A DNA stretch of 64,000 nt from the human T2T-CHM13v2.0 reference genome, Homo sapiens. How positions within the stretch are numbered: position 1 is the stretch's first letter; each line of letters begins with the position of its first letter. The stretch lies in assembly GCF_009914755.1 (NCBI RefSeq), contig NC_060934.1. One strand, given 5' to 3'. Under the pieces are notes generated by a model that saw only the letters and a program-made list of their open reading frames with translations, did no database searches and was not told the DNA's origin. A program made the position numbers and the translations under genes. Below, in pieces: positions 1 to 14,976 of the stretch.

Positions 1-614
1 AAAAAAAGAAAAAAGAGAGAAAATAAACAACACATCTCAAGTACACACCCACATCCCTCTTATCCCAAATACCAAACACACAAAAATCCAATCTGTCTCC
101 TTCTACCTAAGCAATTTTAGATAGTCACTGTCTCATAATTACCTTAAGCTCCCTGACTTGCTGCTCATCCTTTCTCTGGCAAAATCTCATCCTTGGATGA
201 GCCCGACTTTGTGTTTGCTCAATGACACCACTCACCTGAACCAGAAAAAATATCAAAAAGTGGTCAGAGATATCATCATAAATTCAAATTACTTACACAA
301 AAAATTGGCCCTAAATGTTTCCAGAAATCAATAAAAGTTTTGTTTCTCCAATGACATCATTTCTTCAGAAACCCAATGTGTATAACCTATTTTTTCTATG
401 TTCTTCTAACATTTATTCAACTTCTCTCATCTGATATCTTGCCAAATCATTCAAAGAGAAAATATATCCCATTAGGCAAGAGCCCACCATATTCCCATCA
501 CCTGAGAAAATCATATGCACAGGATGCACCCACCTCACCTTTCTCTGCCTCATCATGTCAGAAAAAGTACCCCACCTTTTGTCACAAGGCAAACCTGAGA
601 TAAAAGATTTAGAT

Positions 615-878
615 GGCCTGTAATTCCAGCACTTGGGGAGACCAATGCAGGCAGATTATTTGAGTCTAAGAGTTCAAAAGAAGCCTAAGCAACTTAGGGA
701 AACTGCATCTCTCAAACAAATACAAACCATTAGCCTAGCATGGTGGTGTGGTGGCACATGCCTGTAGTCCCAGCTACTCAGGGTGGGGAGCACTGAGGTG
801 GGAGGATCACCTGAGCTGGAAGGTTGTGGCTGCAGTGAGCCGTGATCACGTCACTGCACTCCAGCCACGGTAACAGAT
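615..878 (+). mobile_element. Old degenerate Alu (AluJ-like)
   Basis: GCCTGTAATTCCAGCACTTGGGGAG...GCTGCAGTGAGCCGTGATC dimeric Alu motifs, heavily mutated. Confidence 0.85.
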
Positions 879-898
879 ATTTTTAAAAGGATCTTCTC

Positions 899-1250
899 TG
901 TTAAAAATAATCAAATAAACAGGTGGCCATGAGGCTGAGGTGGCTGCCGTGCACTCAATTCCTCCTTAAATAAACCAAAACTTGACTCAGTGTAAATAAT
1001 AAAAGGAAATGTAAGAACCAATCAGAAACCACCAACTAACATCTAACTAGAGACCTTCCACTGTAATGTTCCAAATGAGGCCACTGCTCCACTTCACCCA
1101 ATCAAGTATTTTCTTTTTCTTCCACATTCACCATATAAAATTCTTCCCCCACCCTCCCTAAGCCTCTCTGTGGGACCTCTGAGCTGCTTGCAGTCTGGGG
1201 CTGCCTAGTTTATACATTTCTGAATGCTCAAATATATTTTCTAATGTTTC
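899..1250 (+). mobile_element. ERV1-class solo LTR (MER93-like)
   Basis: Starts TGTTAAAAATAA, contains AACCAATCAGAAACCACCAACTAAC and a TATAAAA box; resembles the MER93 consensus as recalled. Confidence 0.6.
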
Positions 1251-1653
1251 AAAGTGGCTCTGGTGTAGGAGGTTGTTGGTGGAGTGACCCGAGAGTATAC
1301 AGGAATTGAGGGCATATGAGATCTCTGGACTCTGCACTCCATTTTGCTGTACACTCAAAACTACTCTAAAATAATAATATATCTTTAAAAATCTATAACT
1401 AGCACGTAGCCCTTTTCAAGCCTCCAACTGGTTGGAGCCAGTTCGATTAAAGCTCAGAAGAAAAACTGGTTAATAAGCTAGTTCTGACCCAACTGGCAAG
1501 AAGCGGCAGGAAAGACCCAGGCCAGGGGAGCATATTGCACATGCATGCACCAGGAAACTGGAGGAAGCTTGGAGGCCCTTTAGCCTGGTCCTGAGCCCGC
1601 TGAAACTGCAGTTACAGCACAGATGCCTGGGGCACCAATCTGAATCTGCCAAC

Positions 1654-1770
1654 ATCCAAGGCCACATGAACACAAATGCGCAGTCTCCTCTGCGATCGGT
1701 AGCTAAGGATGTTAGGCCATGATTGGACTAGGATGGGAGATGAACTGAGAACTATGGATTCTGTAGGTTG
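1654..1770 (+). pseudogene. Degenerate 5S rRNA pseudogene (RNA5SP family)
   Basis: ATCCAAGGCCAC...TCGGTAGCTAAGGATG...GGATGGGAGATG...CTGTAGG aligns end to end with 5S rRNA (GTCTACGGCCAT...TCGGAAGCTAAGCAGG...GGATGGGAGACC...CTGTAGG). Box A and box C remnants are present; no T4 terminator follows. Confidence 0.85.
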
Positions 1771-1805
1771 TTGTTGTCTCTTCCCACCCCAAGCAACAAG
1801 TGATG

Positions 1806-1807
<2 letters not shown>

Positions 1808-1855
<48 letters not shown>
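1808..1855. repeat. (CA)n microsatellite
   Basis: Perfect CA run, about 24 units. Confidence 0.98.
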
Positions 1856-1856
<1 letters not shown>

Positions 1857-2481
1857 CCCGTAGTGACTAACAGGATCTCCCTCCAGGGGATTTGCAGAAA
1901 GGGGAGCAGAAAACATCCCAGGGGCCTTTCACAGCTACTTCCTTGAGCCCCCTTTCAGACTGCTGTCTAGACCTGTCGCAGCCCAAACATCACCACCCTG
2001 ATATGCAGAAGCTGGCATCCTTACCTGAAATTCAACACCAAGAAATGATCTCTTCTACTCAACACTGATAGAAATACCTCTAAGCAATGTCCTCATTGGC
2101 AGGGGTGGAGTGGGGGAGTTTCTTAAAAAGTGAGGCCTCTGCCTACCACCTAGAGAACCTGGAAATTTCCATCTGTGCCACAAAGTCCAAATCACTGGCC
2201 ACTGCCCCAGTGTATGGCAGATTAGAACATCTCTCCATTAGATCTGGGTTTCTATTCCATTGAGTGAAATGGCTTTTCTATTACAGGAACAGAATAAGGG
2301 ATCAAAAGGGTCTTACAACTGAACTCCAGTGTACAGTCTGCACAGACACTAGGCTTGTGCAAATATGACACAGCGAGGCCCCAGGACCCTTAAGCCAGCT
2401 GAATGTACTGAGTTTCAGGAAACAGTGAGATACGTTCAGCAAAACAGTGGGCTTCATGCTGAAAGAAGTCATTCCAAGTAA

Positions 2482-2488
2482 ACACACA

Positions 2489-2528
<40 letters not shown>
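2482..2528. repeat. (CA)n microsatellite
   Basis: CA run with one interruption. Confidence 0.97.
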
Positions 2529-2530
<2 letters not shown>

Positions 2531-3639
2531 CCGCAGACACCCTAGTGGCCAATAGGTCCTCTCACCAAAAACCTGTGATCAGGAGAGCAGAAAGCCTCCC
2601 AGGGGTCCATCACTGCCCTTTCTGGAGCCCCTTATCAGATGGCCAGCCCCAGGACAGCACTGTCTGATCCTGGTCCAGTCCAAACCACCATCACCCTGTG
2701 ATGTGGGAGCTGGCCACTTCACCAGAACCTCTGTGTCAGAAAAATTTCTCTTCCTTTTAAAATGATGAGGGGGAACCTTCAGACAGTGTCTGATTAGGGT
2801 GGGTGGAGAGAGGGGTTTCCTAGAAAGTCAGGCAGGGCAGGGCTGAAGCCCTCTGGGTTAACTGAGTGCTTTTGATATGAAGGCAGGTAAGACTGGACAG
2901 GTGGGGGTGTTAGTGAGGGGATGGTGTAGGGTGTGCTGAAGAACTCCACTTGGGCTCTCCACACCAGGGAAAATGACCATAAAACATCCCATCTTCACTG
3001 CTCAGAGAAGGCTAGATCTGCTGTGAGCTAGAAAGCCATGTGGGGGCAGCTGATGAGTCATCAAATGGGAGAAATCTGAGAGCCATGTGTTCCACAGGCC
3101 TCTGGTCCTTGTTCAGGCAGCAGGGCACTGTGACATGTGGCTCCTTGGCCCCTTCCAGCCACCACCTTGATTGCATGCTGCAGGGAAAGAGACTGAAGAC
3201 CAAGAATGGGGTCTTGCTCACCATGGGATGATGGCTCAGTACAGAGCTGAGCTATGTATGGCCCAAGAGGCAGAACGTGGGGATGACCCAGGCTGAGCTG
3301 GGGGATCCAACTGAACATGCACTTGCTAAGAAGCTGTGGGCTATGATGCCTTGGGACCCCAGTCTGGGTCTAGAATTGTAGCAAAACAGGCTACTGGTAA
3401 AAGTTCTTGAGAAGCCAACTCACTTTTGCTGTCATCCATGGGCAAACAAACCAAGCCCCACCACTTCCCACTCCCTCTGAAAGCCTCCTGCCCCTCTGAT
3501 CGACCACACCACAATGGTGTCACTCTGTAAGGCACAGGTAGACAAGGCATCCAGCCATGAACACTCCAGGGCGCACACATGTCCAGAATACGCTGGTTCT
3601 TGTTGAGACTCCACTCTTCCAACTCAGACAGAAGCTCCC

Positions 3640-3920
3640 CAATCTCCTCAGCCACTCCCAACAACTGGAGGTCTGAAAACTTTCATGCATGCCGCTATGG
3701 TCTAAACCACTCGTGGCGGTTTTCATTTTCATTTTCCTGATAATCAGTGATGCTGAGCACCTTTCCATATGCCTTTTCACCAACTGGATGCCTTCTATGG
3801 CTAAATGTCTATTCGAATCCATTGCCCATTTACAAATCTGCTTTTTTGTGGGCTTCTTGATGTTTTTCTCTTTTTTTTTCCTATTTATTTATACAAGTTC
3901 CTTAGGTATTTTGGATATTT
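3640..3920 (-). mobile_element. Old L1 fragment
   Basis: TTTCCTGATAATCAGTGATGCTGAGCACCTTTCCATATG...AAATGTCTATTC is typical antisense L1 3' ORF2 sequence. Confidence 0.75.
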
Positions 3921-3956
3921 TTTAAAATCATTTTCAATTCCACTGCCCAGTTATAA

Positions 3957-4575
<619 letters not shown>

Positions 4576-5018
4576 ACCCATTTTGTGTTTTAACATCAGT
4601 CAACACTCCTATTTTAAAATAATAACAATGAATGGCGGTACCTTAGAACAAAGGAATTATAGATCTTTCTCTTGTCTTAGTGCAGACATTTTGTCTATAA
4701 AATGTTATTCACAGATGAACTCATGAGAACATTACTGTGAATTTTAAATCCATATACAAGTGTATGCTCATTCATGAATATTTCAATAAAATAAAACTAA
4801 TAGCAAAAAAGAATTCCAGAGTTGAAGCAGTTTCAGGAAAAAGGAGTTGGCAGTATGAAGTAAAATAGCAAAAAAAATTTTTTTTTTAAATGGGTATATT
4901 TGTGTCTACAACTTTTTTTTAATTATAGCATTAGACAATGTGTATATAGATACGTATATAAAGCAATGGAAGTGGCATTGTTTTCATACTAGTCTAGAAT
5001 ATTAAAAAATATGTAATA

Positions 5019-5852
5019 TGTGATCAGCAAAATAATGGCCCCCCAAAGATGTCCACAGATTCCTAGAACCTTACATGAAAACGGTACATCATGCATGTGA
5101 TTCAGGTAAAGACCTTGACATGAGGAGACTACCCTGGTGCTATGGAATGAACGTTGTGTTCCGTCACTGTTCATGTGTTAAAATCCTAACCCTCAAGGTG
5201 ATGGCATTAGGAGGTTAAGCCTTACGGGAGACTCTGCCCTCATGACTGGGATTAGCACCTTATTAAAGGCACAAGGGAGCTTGTTTGTTCCTCTCACCAT
5301 GCGAAGACACAGCAAGAAGGAAGCCTCTATGAGAAAGCAGGCCTTCACCAGACACCAAGACTGCCGGCACCTTGATCTTGCACTTCTCAGCCTCCAGGAC
5401 TGTGAGAAACAAAGTTCTGTTATTTATAAGCTACCTGGTCTAATGCATTTCCTTGTAGCAGCCTGTATGGATTAGGACAGTGGGCTCATGTGGATGATGA
5501 CGGTGTCTCCATTCAGGACTAAGTAAGCACATGAGTCCTTAACAGTGGAAGAGAAGGGGGAAGGAAAGAGCCACAGAGACATGTGGCCATAGAAGAAGGG
5601 CCCATGGGATGCAAGGTTGCTAATGGTGAGAGTGGAGAAGAGCCCAAAGCCAAAAAATGCAGGCAGACTCCAGAATGTGGAAAAGGCGAGAAAAAAGATC
5701 CCCTAGAGCCTCTAGAGATGAAGGTAGCCTTTCCACCACCTAGATTTTAGCCCAGTGAGATCCACATCACACTCTGACATACGGGAGTGTAATAAATTTG
5801 TTTTATGCCCTGACATACTGGTAGTTTGTTGTAGCAGCAATGGACTAGTAAT
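5019..5852 (+). mobile_element. Nested MaLR LTRs: MLT1A-like (~5138-5480) inserted into an MLT1D-like LTR
   Basis: Outer element AATAATGGCCCCCCAAAGATGTCC...TTTGTTGTAGCAGCAATG is interrupted by TGCTATGG...CCTCACCATG...CTTCACCAGACACC...GTAGCAGCC...GACA. Confidence 0.7.
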
Positions 5853-7382
5853 ATATAAATATATATATACACACACACACATAAACACTACCCCCACCAC
5901 CACACACACAACATAACTATCTATATATACCCCGCCCTTCAAAACTGAATCAGATAAACTACACATTAGCATTAACTTAGCTGGGTGTGGTGGCACATGC
6001 CTGTAGTCCCAGCTACACAGGACGCTGAGAGGGAGGATCACTTGAGCCCAGGAGTTTAAGATCAGCCTGGGCAAACACACTGAGGCCACATTTCAAAAAC
6101 AAACAAAAAACACAACAAATATTTGATTAAGCTCATTTCCCAAATTTGAAGAGGAAACAATTATTAGATAAAGAGGAGAAAAGAGAAAGGTAGAGCTGCT
6201 GACTTCTGTGGTGGAAGCACAGGCACAGGCCCAAACATACTCCTGTCCTCCTGGCTTTCCTGTCCCTTCTCATAAGGGACACAGGAACCTCTCAAACTGA
6301 ACCATGGATCACAGAACCATACTCAGAACGCAATACAGTTTTGTCTACAATTTTTTATATATCTGTGTCCCTGTCTCTGCCTCCCATTCCCAACTCCCTT
6401 ACTCTTGTTAGAAAAAAATGGCTATTATCAAATATGAGTACATCCTTATATACTAATGCCAACTGATCACCAGCTGGTTTTCTTCTTTTACAAAGTCATA
6501 AATATTTAGGCTTTAACACGTCTTCCAAGCAATAGAATGTTATTTTCCAGTTCATTAACACAAATTCTATATCTAAAATGAAGACTTCACAAGTTGATTT
6601 AAATAACATATTAACGAAAATCGACTGGCCATGGTTCAAACTGACATTTTAATTAAATGTGATGATAGGTTGAGTAACCTAGCAGTACTCTAAAATGACT
6701 TTTGGTTATGGCTTTTTCCATATTATGCTTAGGCTGAGGCATCCCTAAATGATTCAATTGTAATTCCCCTTCTTAAACATGAGATTTATCTTTACAAAAT
6801 AATTTATTTTCTTAAAATTACAAGTTAATTCTATAGTTCATGCATACATAATCTCAGTAGATATCAGCTGTATGTGTACACACATACATATAGGTATTTG
6901 TATATACACATATTACATAATTTAAAAAAAACTTATTAGCAGGGTACAACCACGAAGACAAAGAGGCTTTGTGTAATGTGATGGAAACACAACTGCAGGA
7001 CAAACAACAGGCTGCTGTGAGGGCTGTATTTACCCTTTCTGATGTAAGACTTGGAAAAACATGGATACTGGATATCTAATCCCCATAACAGAAAATTTAG
7101 GGTGCAGAAAACTTCCCACAATTTTTACAGACAATGTCAATAGAAAGGCATTCAATGCAGGGAATACACAGTGTGACAGTATACAAAAATAAGCAGGTTG
7201 ATGGTTTAGATTTATGAGACAAGAGAAAGAAATAGTAGATGATGTCATAATTCTCCTTTTATGGAGTTATGAAAATTCTTCATTTTATATAAGGTCAGGT
7301 GCTTTCAAATGTCAATGAGAAAAATATTTAAAGGAAGAATCAAATCTAAGACGTAGAGAGATCTTTATAAATGTGAACTTCA

Positions 7383-7787
<405 letters not shown>

Positions 7788-7795
7788 CTAGATTC

Positions 7796-8088
7796 CTTTT
7801 TTGAAGAGGTGGTCTCTTGGTGTGTCACCCAGGCTGGAGAGCAGTGTTAGGATCATAGCTCACTGCAGCCTCAAACTCCTGGGTTCAAGTGATCCTCCTA
7901 CCTCAGGCTCCTGAGTAGCCTGAACTATAGGAATGAGCCACCATGCCCAGCCAATATTTTCATTTTTTTGTAGAGATGAAATCTTGCTATGTTGCCCAGG
8001 CGGGTCTTGAACTCTTGGCCTCAAGGAATCCTCCTGCCTTGCCCTCCCAACATGCTGAGATTACAGGTGTGAACCATTGTGCCCAGCC
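7796..8088 (-). mobile_element. Alu (AluJ-like)
   Basis: Antisense Alu, inverted relative to the neighbour about 115 bp away. Confidence 0.9.
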
Positions 8089-9839
8089 ACCGGATTCTTT
8101 ATTAAGAAGAAAACTTGTTTGCTGACATGTAGGCAATGAATTGATGAATAGTAGTTCATAAATTACTAATTTACAAGTCAATATAAATGAGTTGAGTAAA
8201 CACAAAATAACAGCATAAATTAATAAACAGTTTACGACCTCAAGTTTCTTTTTTTCCTTTAAAACATTGCTCTGACAGAGACTACTACTTGTCCATTCCA
8301 TGGAAAAGTCAGAGGTGGTTAAAATGTCAGAGGTACACTTATTAACACCTTGCTGCCTTTTGTGTAGCTTCCTCTCAGTACTTCACCAGTTGGGATTGAC
8401 ACACCTCTCCAGCTGGGTTCAGGAGCCAGACAGGAGCACACAGAACAGGGAATCCAAAGCCATCTCTGACACCAAAAGCAATGAAAACAAAAATAACCAA
8501 ACATATTATCAAGAAATGAACAAGAGATCGATATCAAGTACAGCAAAAAGAGAAGAAATCACTTAATCTGCCAGGCTTTCATTCTGACAAAATAATTTAC
8601 AACACGCATGTCTCTATCTGACATGTGTGAATAGAAAAATAAGAGGTGACAATAGAGTAGAGGATTCGTCTTCCAATTGTCTCTGATCTATCCAACCTTT
8701 GTTACACATCAGAGAGCTCTCCAATTTATAAATAAACAACAGAGATATGCGGCAACCAGGACACAGAGACATACTGAGAGTACTGCTCAGCTCTCTGCCT
8801 AGGCCTGATTCTGATGATCCCTGACAATGAGCACTGTGAAATTTACAGCAAATCAGTACACATACACACAAACACACAAAAGAGATACTTCATGGGCAAA
8901 AAGCATCAAAGATATAAAATAAAATGCCTGAAAGACCATAAAACAACTTCTGATGAAATGCTGTTTTCATTTTGCAGTAGTAAAATATTCACCACCAAAT
9001 CTACAATTAGCTTAAAAATTACAATAAGTACAGTACTTTTGGATCCCATCTCCAATTCACACCTTATCAACATGTAATAATCACACTGCATCTACAACAA
9101 AGCTGGATGGACTTTATGTGCTGAATACAACTTGTACACTAAGAAGGAAATTTTTTGAAATAATGAGAATACAAAATTTGTATGCCATGCTCTACTTCAC
9201 AAGTTAAAAGAAAATACAATCATTTCTATTTTTAAAATGCATCGAAATAAAATACAGAAAAGAGTATTCTAATACCAGTTAACATTAAGAGAATATATCT
9301 CTAAACCAAAGATCTTGGATCTTCTAGAAAGACAAAATCAGCTGGTATATATTTGGATAAGAAAAAAAAATTAAGAGATCAAGAAAGGAGAGAAGACGTT
9401 CGCACAGAATCATCTCCAAAAATGGCTTTCTGACGCATTCGACCAGTTTTCAAGTCTATTTGTTTTTCCTCCTTTGGCATCAACAGCCTATATCACCAAG
9501 GATATGCAAAATAATTCAATTTGTACATTAATCAGCTAATCTAGAACTGGAAATATAGTCAATGAAAATACAAAAGAAACAGAAAATGTCAATGAATTGC
9601 TTAAGATGTTTAAGATGACATAGCGTAGGGAAAAAATGATCTGATAAACACCGGAAGAGTTAATAAGGAAACTGAGGCATGGTTCCCTAACACCACACTT
9701 CAAAAGAACTTATAGAGAGAATAAAGGAATAACCCTTAAAAAAAAAATCTAATTTTAGAAAAAAATTGCTCAAAAGGGAAGTTAGGGTTTTATAGATCTT
9801 CTGGAAAGCTGATTAATTTCTAAGCTAAAAACGCATGAT

Positions 9840-10240
9840 CCTTAAGAGAAATGGCTGAGTCCAGGCCCAAGGCAGGAAGAGGACAAAATGAGCCTGGATC
9901 CTCTGGTTCTGTCAGAAAGTAAGAAATGCTCAAAGACTAACAGAGACAGTTGAAGGGACACAGGAGACAGGCCGAAGGCTCCCGCAGCCGAATCTGGGAC
10001 AGCATAGGCATCAGAAAGTACAATGACAGTGATGGAAAATAACCCATGGAATAAAACGCAAGTGCATTAGTCAGCCGTGATGCTGAAACAAAGGGGAGAA
10101 GAGAAAGCTCTTTGTTAAAAATGCCAGGTAACAAACTTAGAAGGAATGACAGAGGAATAACATCCATTTTGAGTCACCAGTGCCATAACTGATAGAGAAG
10201 ATTATCAGGGGGCTAAAATCACTGGATGAAAGAAAACTAT
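9840..10240 (+). mobile_element. Old L1 (L1MC-like) 3' fragment
   Basis: GAGAAATGGCTGAGTCCAGG...TCAGAAAGTAAGAAATGCTCAAAG resembles L1MC 3' end as recalled. Confidence 0.5.
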
Positions 10241-10347
10241 ATGAAGCTTTTTAACGTAGCACAATAGATAAAAGTATGAAAACATAAATTAGAAAAAACT
10301 AAAAATCATACCATAAGGGATGGATAAGTTAGAATACAGGAATAACA

Positions 10348-10665
<318 letters not shown>

Positions 10666-11470
10666 AACCACAATAACAAAAAAACACTGGTAACAATAAA
10701 ATCATGATTACATAAAGACTGTATAGAAAAAAAATCCTCAGAATATAGAAATAAAATTATGTATTTTACCTGTAGCTATATTAGAAGAGAGTATTCTTGT
10801 AGACAAGGATGACTAGAAGGATATGCAAAAATGAAAACAGCTAATAACACTCATTACGTCAGGCACTGTGGTAGGTAGTTTATGCACATTGTAACAAATT
10901 ATATACTACATTATCTCAAGATTTTCAGATAAATTTTACTGGGAGTCATAAATCAATACAACAAAATCAATGTTTTGCAAACATCCACTAAGCATAAAGG
11001 TATACAAATTCCCAACCCAGACTGAAAAATAATTCACATAAGCCACACATTAGTGGAAACCTACCCATGGGAGATAATACAACATAATCTAAATAAAACT
11101 TTCAGAGACAAGGCATGTGGCTTCTGGACAGCCACAAACTCCCTGACTCTGCTCTAGTGTTTCGGCCATCAAAAGAAAGCCAAGTGGCCTCAGGTCTCTG
11201 AAAAACCAAAAAAGCAACCTATGGAAGATGGCGTGGTATTTGAGGAATATTTGAAGTCTGTTGAAAAATGCATCCTGTATTTTTTTTCAAGATAAGACTC
11301 CCTTGTAATGTCAGGTAAGTGAAGAGCCCTCAGAGACACATGCACACACAAAGAAAAACAAAACGACATAGAATGAATCCCACCAAAATGTGTTATGATG
11401 GCAGAATTATGGGTGATACAATCTTCTGTAATATATCTTTTTATTAAAAATAGAAAAAAAGCAGACTTAC

Positions 11471-11610
11471 CCTTGATTATCTATAGCCTCTGACCCAAGT
11501 GGTTTGGAATTGGAAAGCAGCGTCACTCGACTTGAAGCCATCTTGGCATCAATGGTGGAGTAGGTGGAGATGAGACTCTGGACCAGCTCATGGGTGAGCC
11601 CCACCTTGTC
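11471..11610 (-). pseudogene. BMS1P: BMS1P exon 9 (open frame)
   Basis: ag|DKVGLTHELVQSLISTYSTIDAKMASSRVTLLSNSKPLGSEAIDNQG|gtaagt, 140 nt. Confidence 0.95.
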
Positions 11611-12313
11611 CTATCAAGGCCACCAAGAAAGGGCACGTGAGGAAAGCACAAAGATCCTGGAGAGACACTGGTTTCACTCAGTTTCTCAAAATTATCTTAG
11701 ACACATTTCCTGAGATCTTTTCTTAATGCCACAAACACCAGAGAAGAAAATCCTTATAACAAAGCTTGAAATGGATCCCCATCTCCATTAAACTTGTCCA
11801 AAGCTCAGTGAGTATATAACCTGATAACCTAAACACCTAGCTAGAAAAACCTCAGTTCCAGTGCTACAACAGTGCTAGCTTTTCTAACATTTTTAAATAA
11901 CCCTGCTTTTAACCCAATAAAATTCAACTACAGAACTAAGAAATAAATATTGGAAATCCACTTTAAAATAATGAGGAGACCACTGTGATTGAGAAAAAGA
12001 AAAAGACAAACGAGAGCTGGAAAGCACACTGATTTTGTAGAAACAGAAATAAGCCGTGCAGGTGCCACACTGGCAGCAGTGCCCGCGCTGGGGCCATGGA
12101 TCAAGGAGGCATGGAGGACAGGACTCTTCTGCTTGGTACAATGAAAAAATGGTATTCTTTTTATTCTACATATTGACAATATGCATTTGGGCCTTTATTA
12201 TAAGTACAAGAGAAAAATCTTCAATAAATAAAAGCTGAGTACATTACTTTTTTTGATTAAAAAATAGATTAGGAAAGAATAATGAGAGTTCAGAGCAAAG
12301 ACTCCTGCCTCAC

Positions 12314-12507
12314 TGATGCCTGAAAACCGTGGCTGCCACCAAGGTCAACACAGACAGCGTCTTTGTCATACAGCACACCCTCAACTCCAGAAACAGGCAC
12401 ATAAACCAGCTGCTCCTTCTTATTTAAACAGCACTTCTTTTGTTATTCAGGAAGAACACAAGGGTCTGGGAGGAAACCGATGTCACTCATGGCAAAATGT
12501 TCTACCC
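12314..12507 (-). pseudogene. BMS1P: BMS1P exon 8 (nonsense codon)
   Basis: ...FLPDPCVLPE*QKKCCLN...DLGGSHGFQ; donor is either GC after 12320 or GTGAGG after 12314. Confidence 0.9.
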
Positions 12508-12845
12508 CTGGAAGACGGGACCCAAAAAGCCAGCTTCAACTGACAAGAAGTCAGTAAGTATCTACTGTTGACTGGGGGGTTAAAAACGATCCACAGTCCA
12601 AGGGCTTAACCCATGACCCTAAAGAAGGGCATTGTGCCACACTGGAACAGTGGCCCTCTAGCTACAAGAGGTCAGAGAAGAGGGATTCGGTAACACCTTT
12701 GCAGGCCTACACATAGCTGGCTTACTTTTAAAACCTCCAGCAAGGCCATCTTCCCTTGTTTGGTCATTTTTCATTTTTCCTGAGAAATGAAGCCATCCCA
12801 AGAATCCTATGTGCAATTCTAGTATGTTCTACAACAAGAGAATAC

Positions 12846-12967
12846 CTGGCATGTGAATTTGGCTTTTATCTTTGAAGTGTGCTCCTCTTAAATAACCATA
12901 AAGTGACACCTGCCGGTCACATTTGATGTTTGTTTGGATATCCTCCGGGTTTGTCAAATCTTCCATC
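12846..12967 (-). pseudogene. BMS1P: BMS1P exon 7
   Basis: MEDLTNPEDIQTNIKCDRQVSLYGYLRGAHFKDKSQIHMP, AG/GT flanked, 122 nt. Confidence 0.95.
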
Positions 12968-13692
12968 CTAGAAAAATAAACTCAATCATACAGCAGAAAC
13001 GAATGCCAAAGTTCCTATACCTCCTTTCATGTGTCAATGACTCATCACACTCTTGTCCACTAAGCACATCACTTAGGAACTAGAAAATGCAGAAATAAGG
13101 AAGCACCGTTCACCATCCAGCAGAGGAAAAGGGGCAGGCACACAACTGTGTCTCTAGGCTGAAAGTGACATTCATTCCATAAGACACCAGATGGGAGACG
13201 ACGTCTACCTGGGGTCAGGGAAGAGTGAAGAACATATGCAGAAAATCCGTTTCTGGAAGAGGGTGAGCCTGTGCTCTGGGATTTGTACTGTGGCTTGGAT
13301 TCTGGCAGGTGGAAAAGGGGTATTCCAGGCTGAGAAAATCACAGCACAAAGAAGAGCACAAAGGAAGGAAACTGAAGGCACGCACGAAGGACTCCAGCAC
13401 CCGGGCACGAAGGCAGCATCACTGAAAACCGAGGCTGAACGTAGGATGGGGCCACATCCTGTAGCCTTAAATGCTTCCAAGTCCTCCCATTTTCCTAAAC
13501 ATCTCATAATTAATTTACTCCCAAAGGCACAGCATCTTTGAGCAATGATATAAGTAGACATTTTCCATCAACTGCACTTCTACCCCCACTATTCAAATAG
13601 GCACAAAATAAATCCTATCACTGTTCTTTTTCTAGCCTTTTTAGCTTTGAAATACATGGCCCAGGAAGAAAAAGTTTACAATCACTTTTTAC

Positions 13693-13833
13693 CTGTCTGC
13701 CAGGATATAAGGGTGAAAAGTTTGCCATGAGAGGCCTAAACTTCATAACTGTAATAAAATGGCCCAGATTGTGGATTTCTTGGTTTTGATATTCTCCATG
13801 CACCATTCCAGAAAGGTAGAACAGTTTGGCAAC
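13693..13833 (-). pseudogene. BMS1P: BMS1P exon 6 (frameshift)
   Basis: VAKLFYLSGMVHGEYQNQEIHNLGHFITVMKFRPL followed by a 2-nt deletion. Confidence 0.95.
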
Positions 13834-14081
13834 CTAAACATTAAAGGAAAATTAAAAATTAAATTTCAATTAAATTCTCGTCAATACTGCAACAAAATAA
13901 AAGCTCTAAACAAGAAGCAATCCTAAGAAGGGAGACTTCCAGCAAAGCCACTGTCCTGAGGCTTCCAGAGCCTTGCTGGATTCTTTCAGGACTTATTAGA
14001 ACCACACAGAGGCAGACTGCTCTGCAACCAAGCCGGTGCATCTGTCTAAGTATGGTGAGGAGAGGGAGGTGAGGCCTCTGA

Positions 14082-14671
<590 letters not shown>

Positions 14672-14731
14672 TCTTTAGTCTGGTTTTAAAGGATTATACT
14701 GTTAGTGTCTAACAATTATTTCTCTTCCTAC

Positions 14732-14920
14732 CTGGTAAACTTCTGTCCAGAACCTGTGTTTTAATCGCTTCTTTGTCTTCTTCAGTTGCTTGTTATGCTT
14801 GAAGGAGTCGAGGTGGGTGAGAACTCCCAGAATTTTAGGAAAGCCATGTGCTTGACAGATGTTTAGAAACTCAAACATTTCCATTTCAAACCCAAAGCTG
14901 GCATCTATAAGCATCAGTAC
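14732..14920 (-). pseudogene. BMS1P: BMS1P exon 5 (open frame)
   Basis: VLMLIDASFGFEMEMFEFLNICQAHGFPKILGVLTHLDSFKHNKQLKKTKKRLKHRFWTEVYQ, 189 nt, phase 0/0. Confidence 0.97.
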
Positions 14921-14976
14921 CTACAAGCACAACACATTATTTCTCGAAGAAACTACCAAAACAGACCACCTACACT

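Noticed and set aside
3051-3063. Extended palindromic AP-1-like site TGATGAGTCATCA
   Set aside because: Isolated motif with no evidence of function
8388-8466. Possible minus-strand exon downstream of BMS1P exon 9
   Set aside because: Plausible acceptor but weak donor and no recognisable homology; cannot be supported from sequence alone
11281-11320. Plus-strand 23-nt micro-exon-like signal (poly-T CAAG ... CAG|GTAAGT)
   Set aside because: No partner exons or other support; likely chance
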